Shown: positions 13,401-23,556 of the stretch, piece after piece
Layout: each line of letters begins with the position of its first letter
Position numbering within the stretch: position 1 is the stretch's first letter
Program-made: the position numbers and the translations under genes
Assembly (NCBI GenBank): GCA_020891255.1
Contig: BQFW01000014.1
Span: 1,178,001-1,242,000 of the forward strand
DNA length: 64,000 bases
From: Entomortierella parvispora E1425
Lineage: Eukaryota > Fungi > Mortierellomycota
Direction: 5' to 3'
The notes under the pieces: model-generated
Seen by the model: the letters and a program-made list of their open reading frames with translations, nothing else
The model's database searches: none
Told to the model about the DNA's origin: nothing

Positions 13401-15599
13401 AGCTGCCGAACTCTTTCATATAGCGACCCCGAGGTATCATGACATTCATATTTTTGTCTTTCGTAGCAACTGTTCTGGAACAAGCTGCCAACAGGAACCA
13501 TCACGCAGACGGTTTGGAAGGATATTTGCGACCCTTCTTCAGACCTTGGATCTGTTGATCTGGACTATGCTGAGATTGACGAGTTGTTCTGCAAGAACCA
13601 AACCATTGCTGCTAGTACGTACTTTTGAGCCAGATCTTTATTTGTTTTATTGTCGCTCGCGCGCAAACTTATGGCACTAACGATGTTTCTCCTTCCCTTT
13701 GTTAGATCCCACTGCGAGTGCAGAAAAGAAAAAGACGAGCCTGTTCAGTGTCAATCGCGCCAACAACATTGGTAAGTCTTGGGGCTCTCATCGCTGTTCG
13801 AACTGAAACAACTTCTTACGGTCAACTTACACTCATTGAATGCAATGACAGCCATCATGCTTAGCCGGATCAAGTTGACATATCCTGATATTCGAGTGGC
13901 ATTAATGGAAATCCTGGACGAGAAACTGAGCATTGAGAACCTGAAAGCCATCAAACAATACGTACCGAGCGGTGACGAGGTAAGATCAAACGATTGTTGG
14001 TCATCCCTGTTAAATAAATCCAGGGAAACAAAAAAGTCTGACCGATGTACTCTTCTCTATCTACAGATCGAGCTCATCCGGGAATACGACGGCGACTTTG
14101 AGAGCTTAGGAAATGCCGAAAAGTTCTATCGCGAGGTGCGTGAGGTGGCTAGTCTCTGAAGGGGTTATCGAATTGGACGTCGGAAAGCTTATATGTTGCT
14201 GTTTCTTATTATTTTAGATTATGGACATTCCTCGTCTATCTGAGCGCGTCTCGGCCATGATATTCAGGAGGCGTCTTGAGATTGAAGTCGGAGAACTCAA
14301 ACCAGTAAGTTGATCTGACCTTGAGTCCAAACGCTGCTGCATCAAACAGATGCGGATATGCCAATTTACAGTTTATTTTCTTGCTGATGTTAGGAAATGG
14401 ATGTCCTTCGAATGACCATTGAGGAATTGCACGGCTCAAGGAGACTAAGGAGTTTGCTGAAGGTAACACGCAGTTTCATTCTCAAGCATCTGCTGTCAGC
14501 CAGTTGATGCTTCCAATGCTGACACACGAGAGTGATTTTTTTTCTAGACTGTGTTGCTAATGGGAAATCATTTGAACGCAACAAGTTTCCGAGGAAATGC
14601 TTATGGTTTCCAACTGGATGCGCTGCTCAAGGTTTGTTAAACATGACAAAGTTCTTCTAAAAACAAACCATCATTCTCCATGTTTGTTAAGCGTGCACTC
14701 ACGCCTTCGATTGCTTTTCGTTATCGTCCTATAGATTCGCGATACCAAGGGTGTCGACGGAATCAAGCCTGGCTCGAGCACTTTGCTCCATTACTTGGCC
14801 AAGGCCATCCAAACCAAGGACCCACAACTGCTTCAGTTCTTGGACGAGGTGCCGCATCTGGAAGCGGCGGCTCGAATTTCGGTCGCTACTTTGATGAGTT
14901 CAGTTAACAGTCTTGTGGCTGGTATGAATCATATCCGCGAGGAGATTCGAGTCTTGCGTCGGATCCGCATTTCGCCACCAAATGACCACTTTGTCGATGT
15001 AATGGAGGTAAGTTTTTGTTTTACCAAGTATGTGGTCGTTTCTTTTTCATCGGCAGTTTCTGACCATGGCTTGTCCTGTTGTCCCTTTCGTGATCAATTC
15101 AATCGCTCTATAGAAATTTGCTGATGCCAACGAGGAGGGCATTCAAAGGATTGTCGAGATCGGTCAAGGTGTTGAGCAAGACCTGAGGCAGCTCTTGACA
15201 TTTTACGGAGAAGACCCTGTCGTGACCAAGCCTGAGGACTTTTTCGGAATGCTTGTCTCGTTCTCGACCCAGCTCCAGAAATCCCAAAAGGAGAACGAGG
15301 CCCTCGAGAAACGGCTCAAGAGTCAGGCAGCCTCCAAAAACAATGCTAATAATCTGCGTCGTCCATCCGACACTGTTTCATCCACAAACACCCAGGGCCT
15401 GTCGGTTGCTGCCATTCGCGATGGTCACCTGGACGACGCCATCCGAGGTCTGCGGTCAGGTCTGCGGAGGAATCGACGGGATCGTCCCATGTCCCATCTC
15501 TACTCGGAGCTGAGTATCGAGGCCCTTCAAGCCATCAATACAAGCGTACCCCGGGCTGGCGCCTTGACCCACTCTCGTCAGAGTAGTCGCCAGCAATAG
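7429..15599 (+). CDS. Diaphanous-related formin (GBD/FH3, coiled coil, FH1, FH2, DAD) with extra N-terminal RA/ubiquitin-like domains; many introns
   Basis: GBD/FH3: LRVALATAKLSWIRQFL, ECVQCLRVLMNT, LMNALANS. FH1: poly-proline runs ~12600-13250. FH2: LFWNKL, NRANNIAIML, GNHLN..RGNAYGFQL..L..IRDTK, TLLHYL. DAD-like LDDAIRGLRSG followed by basic residues. Start is uncertain because an acceptor-like site lies at ~7395. Confidence 0.92.
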
Positions 15600-15828
15600 G
15601 GGAGTTTTTTTGTTTGTTCTCTACATTCCTGCTTTTGTCGTATTTGTCAGATATCTATCCTTATTCATAATGAAAGAAAAAAAACAAAGATAATTACCCT
15701 TTGTATTTCCATGTCAACCTCCCTCACAGAGGCATTGATTTGATGAATTATTTTGTTCACAGTTTTTATTCTGCAAAGAAAGAAAAAAGGTGCTGCAAAG
15801 GGATTTAAAGTACAGGGGGGCTGGGTAC

Positions 15829-17116
15829 TTATTCCTTGAGCTTCTTGGAACCGCGGAGCAAACCGGTACGGCGGGCAGCAATGAGACCAGACTTCTGACC
15901 GGGGACGGCATCGCGAGCAATGGTGGAAGCGTGACCAATGTGCTGGTGGTTTCCTCCTCCGTGGGGATGGTCGACGGGGTTCATAGCAACACCACGAGTC
16001 TTGGGCCAAGAGTTGCGCTTGACGCGGTACTTGTGGTAAGCACGACCGGCCTTCAAGAGGGGCTTGTCAATACGACCACCTCCAGCAACGATACCAACGG
16101 TGGCACGAGCGGTCGAGAAGACGACCTTCTTGGCACCGGAGGGGAGCTTGATGCGGGTCTTGCCATCATCGGTGTTGTGGCCGATGACGGTGGCGTAACC
16201 GCCGGAGGTACGGGCAAGAGCACCGCGATCACCGACAGTCTCCTCAACGTTGCAGATAACGGTACCCTCGGGCATAGAGCTCAAGGGAAGAACGTTTCCG
16301 ATGTTCAAGGCAGCCTTCTTACCGCAGTAGATGAACTGACCAGTGTAGGTACCCTCTGTAAGAAGATAAAAGATATGATGAGTATCGAGTTCAGAACAAA
16401 CATAGCACCAATAACGGGTCATCGATTCAATAACCAATCGGTTACTCACCAGTGGCAATGAAGGTCTCAGTGCGCATCTTGTATCTGTGTGAGTGGAGAA
16501 TAGAAGGAGGCGAGGTGAGTAATGATCTCCCAAAAGTCGTCAACTCATATTTGATTCGAGATCCATGCGTCGAAGGCGATTATGGATAGTGTCTGTTTGC
16601 TGCAAAAGAAATTCGGCAATAGTGTTGCCAGTACATATTGTTGAGTGCTGGGCCGTTGCTGCTGTAACTCCTGAATGTCAGACCTCGAAGGTGCTCAACA
16701 ATGTCGCTTAAGAACTGAAAATAGAGTCGACAGGTGTCCTTGTGTGGATATGGAAATGTTGCAACTGCGCCTGTTGTCCATGCTGTGAATGATACTCCTT
16801 GTCGATCCTGATCCAGCTATCTTCTTGAACAACAGCTGTACTCTCTAGGTCCTGTTGTTGATGACGGTTGTTCATATTGACTGGTGCTTGTTAAAAGGCC
16901 TGCTTCCTATTACCTGTAGGGGTCACGGAACTGGACCTTGGCGAGGGGGGCGCCACGACCGGGGTCGTGGATAACCTCCTTGACGATTCCGCGAATGTAA
17001 CCGGTACGCTCGGCGAAATCGAGGGAGCGCAACTTGGCGGCACCCTTGCGCAGACGAGTGTGCGACTTGAAGATTCCTCCGGGACCCTTACGCTGAGCAC
17101 GAATAACACGACCCAT
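15829..17116 (-). CDS. RPL2: 60S ribosomal protein uL2 (yeast L2 / human L8); exons 17116-16914, 16484-16450, 16355-15829
   Basis: [59 protein letters not shown]. Splice phases are consistent. Confidence 0.98.
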
Positions 17117-17120
17117 TTTT

Positions 17121-17722
17121 CTACAAGAAGCGATTGGTAGAATGGAAGGAAAAAGAAATTAGTCCAATGGACTTTTTTTTTCTCTCCCTTCACTGATCGT
17201 TGATGATGAATCAGCCTCTCAAGGACGATCCTGATGTTTGTCCAGCGATTCGATCTGTTGTCCCGAACAATAGATGTTGGTGGTCTCTCTTCCATATGCC
17301 TGCTCCATCCAAGTTTTCCTCTTGCCTGAAGCATCCTCTGCCAAAGCCATTTGCACCAAACGAACAGCCTCCTAACCGGTTGTTCCCAAAGGCTCAATGG
17401 GATCGCAACAGAAGGATGTTGAGGGGTGCTGTCGAGGGTGAATGAGATTGACGTTTGAAAATGACCCCGAGTCCAAAAAGGATGAGTTCAGCGCATGAAG
17501 ATCCTTTGCATGACATGCATCCATGGATGATGATGGATCACCATCTGTCGATAAGCTTTTTCCCGCCGTTGCAGTTTGGCGATAGTCCATGCAGGGTGTC
17601 TGTAAAGGGATGATTGGCGAGCAGGCGAGGTTGGATGGATACGCCGACTCCTTGATGCACCGATGGATGTATGGTCCTCCAGTATGCGGACTCACAAATA
17701 TCGTGGAAAGAGAAGGAAGGAC
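17121..17722 (-). promoter_or_regulatory. Putative RPL2 non-coding first exon (~17722-17696) and 5'-UTR intron (17695-17121)
   Basis: Minus strand reads GGACTAAT (branch) ..TTCTTGTAG|AAAAATG immediately before the start codon. Upstream, a GTGAGT donor follows the pyrimidine run CCTTCCTTCTCTTTCC. Inferred without transcript data. Confidence 0.55.
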
Positions 17723-17789
17723 TGAACTCACACTGCCAGTCATTTTTTAAGGCCGCTCTGAGAGCTGGGCTAGGAATTATTGGATATTC

Positions 17790-18170
17790 CTATTCATCCA
17801 GGTAGGTGGCTTGGATTGCAGACATAAACATTGAATTTATCGTTCTTGGCTTAGAAGTCGAGTTGATTTCCGTCTCGGACTTCTCTTTGATTGCTGTAGT
17901 GGTCATCTTTTCTTGGTGCCACCGCACCAATTTGCTGGCATCTATCAAGAATTTTCTTGTAGGTTTGTAGAAGTTCAATGTTCGATTTGGAGTTGGCCTG
18001 GAAGCCACTTTCGGACAGCCGGATTGTGTCAAATGACCACGACAAAGTACCGAATCTTCTTGCAATTTGCATCGAAGGTAATGTTCCCGTAGAACGTGGC
18101 CGTCGTCTAACTGGAGATGTAGTCAATTGCCTGTGGCATCGACCACGCGCAGTCAATAGAGCACATACAC
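17790..18170 (-). pseudogene. Possible decayed coding remnant, family unidentified
   Basis: Protein-like stretches (TFYGNITFDANCKKIRYFVVVI*HNPAVRKWL; KFLIDASKLVRWHQEK) interrupted by stops and frame changes. No diagnostic motif. Confidence 0.2.
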
Positions 18171-19783
18171 TTCCTCAATTGATAGGCTAGTGCACACTCA
18201 GTCGAGATAGGTGTGTACTCTCCAGGAAGAGGGCCTGCTCGCTCGTGGCTTGATCTTTTGTCAAGGTCAAGGATTTGGTTCTTGGGGAACTACGCGCCTG
18301 CTCAATTTGGACATTTAAAAAGATTGAACGCGTCCCGTTCTATTTGCTACTACCTCTCAATACAAGACGCCCACTATATTCAAGTTGAAAAGCAACGGAT
18401 GACCGATCCGATGATGTATTTTTGACAACTGTTCCCTGTTTTTTTTTTTTCCATCGGTGGATGTGAGAGGTTTTTTCTGTCTCCATTCACCCATGTTCAT
18501 TCTACCCATACTCATAGCCCAAATATCTCTTACTAAATACAGTCCTGAGTGGGCTCAGAGTACGGCGATATTGTCCTGCAATCCGATGACTCCAAAAACC
18601 TAGAATAGGTGGACTGTTCATCTAGGGAAGTAGTCCTCAGGAGAGTTAGACGTCTTGACCTCGGTGCGCAATATGAGCCGAGGAGTTACTGTTCTGTTCT
18701 TGAAAAGTGGACAAGTTAAATCAATTTTTATTTAAAAAAAAATCACTTCCCCGGGGAAGCTGCAACCAGTGCAATTATCAACCCGGGACCCACGGTACTT
18801 TCTTGAGCATGCACGCCTGGGTTTCCACCAAAGAGGAGCGTCAGCCCGCGCGTGCGTTTTGTTGCTACTATCAATCTAGATGGGGGTGTGACACAAAGGT
18901 TCCCTGGAGGAAGCATTCTTACACTATTTTTGGATGAGCCCGTAGCTTGGATCTTGGCATTTGACGGTAATTGACCAATGGGAGGTTGACCTCTGCGCCC
19001 AATGCTCTGGGAAATGTTAGAATCTCGGGAGACGAGGCGTTCAGCGGGTACATGGAGCCATATGACGCGACATAAAGGACTGGGCGTTCAAAGGTCCATC
19101 TGATAACCGTGTGAACGGCGGGAAGAGAAAAATAATCAAGTGCTCAAAAAGGCTGCATGAAAAGGATGAAGACCAAAGAACGCGCTACTGCGTCTGGGTT
19201 TCAAATCTGGGCGCGCACAGCACGTATGCAAAGTAGGGCGTCTTTTCATTTGGGACCATTTTCTTTCACCATGGAGTTTGTTGCACTATACTTGAGGACA
19301 AGAGGGCAAATATTGCGAGAAGAAACGCGAGCCGACTATGCAAAAATTTACCAATTCGGCAGTCGGCGTAAAGCTCAATGGCCAACACACCATTCCCACG
19401 GAGCCAGCAGAGTGGAAACGGGACAGAATGCGTAGGCAAAGAGCCTACCAAGAATATACATTACCCCCTGGCATGAAGACTCGGTGACCAGAACAGGATC
19501 AAACTGGCCATGATGAAATCATGACGGTGTTGCACGAGCATCGGCGAACTCCAGATGGCCCAGTGGACCATAGACCAACGAGTGCTCAGCGGCGCAGGTG
19601 TGAACAAGAGAGTAAAAGTCAGAACATTCTGGCGCCAAGTGACGGGGGCAAAAAAAGATATAAAAAGCAAAGACCCATCTCGTTGTCAACACATCTCAAC
19701 AGTCCTTCTTCCAGCCTTTCTACCCTTGACACTCCTCCACAAGTCCCTCCACTCCTCAAAAACCAAACCACCACACCACCAAA

Positions 19784-20125
19784 ATGCGTATCACCTTTGG
19801 AGTAAGCAGCCCGCAGCTAGAGCTGCTGCCTGACATTGTAATGGGATCTGTTGAGGACAATACTAACTAAGATTGACCACTCATTGGCCATTGCTACGAA
19901 TAGGCTGCTGCCCTTCTCATTGCCGCTGGAGTCAATGCCCAGATCAACAGCATTAGCAAGGACGGAAACACTTGGAGAGTCCCTGATGGATTGGATCTCT
20001 ACCCTTGCATCCGCAGCTGCGGTGATAACTGGAGATGCCAGTCGCACCCATTCGCGTCGTTGGTTCATGCCTGCGGAGGAGGCGAAAACTGGAGCCGCTG
20101 CACTGGGTTCTGCGTCCCCAACTAG
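19784..20125 (+). CDS. Small secreted 6-Cys peptide, 79 aa, two exons (19784-19801, 19904-20125); not in the ORF track
   Basis: AAAATG start, GTAAGC donor, perfect TACTAAC branch at 19861-19867, TAG acceptor at 19903. Product: MRITFGAAALLIAAGVNA|QINSISKDGNTWRVPDGLDLYPCIRSCGDNWRCQSHPFASLVHACGGGENWSRCTGFCVPN*. TATAAAAA lies at 19659-19666. Confidence 0.85.
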
Positions 20126-20317
20126 GCTTCCAAACCAACTGTGAATCGTCAGAGCTTCGAGAATATGTCATTCATCCTCGTTTCACGTCCACGCAACTGA
20201 GCGATGCAAATGGCAGGTATTCTTTTGCTCAAGATTGTTTCTGAACTTGCTGAGTATAGCAATAAAGCCGACTTTGCATCCATTTCATCACCTGCGTTAT
20301 AGGTTTTTATCTTAGAG

Positions 20318-20322
<5 letters not shown>

Positions 20323-20360
<38 letters not shown>
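20323..20360. repeat. (GA)n microsatellite
   Basis: GA run with one interruption. Confidence 0.95.
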
Positions 20361-20361
<1 letters not shown>

Positions 20362-21403
20362 GGCCTCTGGGAGGCTTGTATTGAGCAAAAAAGCAAGCTC
20401 GTAAATCTCAACAGCTCCTCAGCTAAAGTATCTTTCAAACTACCGGTTAAGAGTGCAGTTGGCTCTTGTGCACTTGGAGAGCGACTCCTGCAGATAGCTG
20501 TTATCATCTGGATGAATGTAGGTGGATACAAATTGTGGGCAGATTGTAAACCTGCAGTTCACCAATTTCATGAAATTTTCCCAGCCACAGTAATAGAAAA
20601 TTGAGCTGAGAGTTAATGGGCATCAAAACGGCAGAGGAGCGGGGGGCGCAGATGTGGGGTTTGGTTGGCAAGATTGATAAGATTTATGAGTGGGGATGTG
20701 CGAGTTATATAGACGATCTCTGCTCCTGTAGTAGTTCGTACTTCTCAAATGTCCTGCGAAGTATTTGTTGTCGCATATTCCTCGCAGCACCGAGCATTTT
20801 CTTGCAGTCGCGTCAACACCGTCAATTCCATCGATGGCCGTCCTCCAATCTTTTGATCTTATCAATACAGTTCCCGAAGCGGGGTCCAAGATGTGTATGT
20901 GATTGAAAATATGATCGCCGACGCGTTCTCAGGTCCGTGTTGTATTTGAGATTCACATGACCATGGCCACTGTATTACTGCCTCGTACGGCAAAAACCAT
21001 AGGCGAGAGAGTATGCACACTGGTATTTTGCCTGGGGTGGGAAACAGTCAGTTCCCTTTGTAACATTGGCCTATCCAATGGTTGAACTCGAGCTTGCTCA
21101 TGGTGCAATCATACAAGTCGGAGTAACCGACTCCTATGGCCAGAAGTTTGAAAGTTCAAACCGCACAAAAGAGATTACTTGATCCGGAGCTGATCCACGC
21201 CTGCCGAGGCCGCCACAATCAGACCGATGCTGCTGTCGGCATTTTTTTTTTTTTTTTTTTGGGAAGAGAGATCGTTGACCTTAAGTATCCAACACTTCAA
21301 CTGCACATCTTCTACGGCTGTTCTTTTGTATTGCGTTTGTTGTTATTTATTCATGATAGCCAACTCCAACCACGCCATAGGTCGCGGCTACGGTGTCCAT
21401 AAT

Positions 21404-21769
21404 CTATCCCTGCAGTAGACAGGATGATTCCACACATTTGGCAAAAGAGTCTTTGGCATACATCTCAAGTTCTGGAGGAATGTATGCAGCTCCAAGGTGT
21501 TGACATGTTGTGACCTTGCAGCTCAAGGACGCCAAGCTCGAGTCGTTGCCACATTGATTCAGACACTCTTGGTACATAGCGATCACAGAGGACATTCCAG
21601 AAGCCAGGATTTGTTCTGTGAAGCAATTAACGTCGCATTCAACGACTTCGGTGAAGTCTGTTGGGGCAATGGCATGGACACCGGCTGGAACAGGGCTCCC
21701 AACAGCCCCAGTGATGACGACTCCGAAAGCGGTCAGGAGCGTGGCGAGGGTGAGCTTTTTTGGAACCAT
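21404..21769 (-). CDS. Small secreted 8-Cys protein, 121 aa, single exon
   Basis: Signal-peptide-like MVPKKLTLATLLTAFGVVITGAVG|SPVP, followed by four Cys pairs CDVNC, CLNQC, CKVTTC, CVESSC. TATATAA on the minus strand at 21882-21876. Confidence 0.8.
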   Translation of the reverse strand: MVPKKLTLATLLTAFGVVITGAVGSPVPAGVHAIAPTDFTEVVECDVNCFTEQILASGMSSVIAMYQECLNQCGNDSSLASLSCKVTTCQHLGAAYIPPELEMYAKDSFAKCVESSCLLQG

Positions 21770-22156
21770 GGCTTTTTTTTGCTTGGTTTTGCGAAGTTAG
21801 CAGTTGTTGGGGTGATGAACAAACAAAAGAGTTGGGGTATAGGTAACAAGAGACATGTCCTTCAGATGTACCGAGTTATATAGGTGATCCGAACTTCTCC
21901 ACTATTTGGTACTTCTCCAATACCCCCTCGATTTCACTGTCGCACATTCCGCGCACGCTGCATCTCCTTGCAGTCGTGTCAGCATGATCACTGACCGTAC
22001 TTTCTTGTCTTTGATTCTTACTTGTGTGCTATTTCGCGAGACCATGTGCGAGAAATACACGATCGAAACTACGATAGTCAAGGCGTCCTTCATGCAACCA
22101 CGTTCAATTTATTTTCTGCGACTGCTTCCTTTGGAATCACGCTCTACCTTCCACGC

Positions 22157-23328
22157 CTACGCCCTGCTGTTGACCTTGGCCCACTGGGCCTTGGCTCCCA
22201 TAATCGAAGTTGCGGTTCTACATATAAATAAAAAGAAATCACAGAAGAGGTCTTGTGCATTAGCTTTTGGCCACGGGTAAAGGACTGTGCCCTACAGAAT
22301 ATTAGCGCATCCAAGACCCCAGCCCAGGCTTACCCGATGAGACCAACAGCACCATCATCCAGGTCAACGTAACCAAGTCCTGTGGCTGGAATAAAGAAGT
22401 CCAAACCATCCTGCAGCAATTGTTTGTTAAGGACATTCTGCTCCCTGAGGTTTCGACAGGTTCGGCGCCCAATCAAAAATATCCAAGGGTGAGTACATCA
22501 TTTAAGAACGACGTCTCGCTTTGCTAATTGATTTTTTTTTTTTACCTGTCCAAAGCACTGATTTCGGTGCGGGCTTCAGACTTTTCGGATTCGCCTGAGT
22601 GCTTCAAACCTCGACTGGCAGTCTCGCGTCGGATCTGGATCTGTCGCGTCTTGTACAGACCAGTCAAGAAACTGAAGACGATTCCTGCCAGCCAAAACTT
22701 GTTGGCCAACTCATTGTAGCGTTTGATGTTGGCAAACTTGTAGGCTCCTGCTCCATCCAACTAAAAATGAGCCAAAAAAAATAGAAAGGGTTGTCAGGAG
22801 AATGACGAGGAGGGATGCTCTTGTTCGCTGTTGTTGTTGTTGCTGTTGTTCCGCATTGCACAAGGGTACATTACAAAGATTAGAGCATCATAGGTGAGAT
22901 ATCCTGCATAGGAAAGCTGCTTTCCCACAGAACAGAAGCGAATGAACTCGTCCTTGACAGCCGTGGCAGCGACAGCCATTTCAACATGCTCCACTGGCTT
23001 GCCAATGCGCATCACTACAACAGAGCATCAATGCGAATGGAGTCTGCGCATTAGTATCCATGACAGAAAGATAAGCGGGCAACAAACAAGGTCTTTCATT
23101 CATGCGAAGAAATGATGCCATGCTCATTTTCTTTGTACATTTGCGAGACAGTCCCAAAGTCTTCTTCAGATTGTTGAATCGAGCGACCGTCTCCTTGGTC
23201 GCTCCCTGACGTAAGAGGTACCAGGCCAAGAACCGAGAAAAGTACTGGACCGCTCTGTAGACTTTATCACGACCCACAGTGGTGGCCGAGAACCTGAGCC
23301 AAGGTTGAACATCGATGACGGTTGACAT
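22157..23328 (-). CDS. PEX11: Peroxin 11, 5 exons
   Basis: TTVGRDKVYRAVQYFSRFLAW, LGLSRK|LMRIGKPVEH, FWLAGIVFS, QLLQDGLDFFIP, DDGAVGLIG|TATSIMGAKAQW. Confidence 0.93.
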
Positions 23329-23556
23329 TTCAGTTGAGTGTTTGTGAACAGTGAGATACCGGTGTGGGTGGAGTGTTGGCGTTGATACACAGAGAGATGG
23401 ATGAAAAAAAGGGAACGAGGAGAGAGGGCAGAAGAGAGGTGGAGAAAGAGAATCAAACGCGACCCGGAAATCTGAGAGCTTGACCGAAACAGCAGCGAAC
23501 CGTGCACCAATCTCTTTGTTCCGTTCTCATGTGACCCCACCGAGAGAGACATCTGT

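Noticed and set aside
15790-16461. 223-aa plus-strand ORF
   Set aside because: Antisense mirror of the highly biased RPL2 exon 3.
17200-17743. Protein-like ORFs upstream of RPL2, first read as a pseudogene
   Set aside because: Better explained as the RPL2 5'-UTR intron, given the donor, branch point and acceptor.
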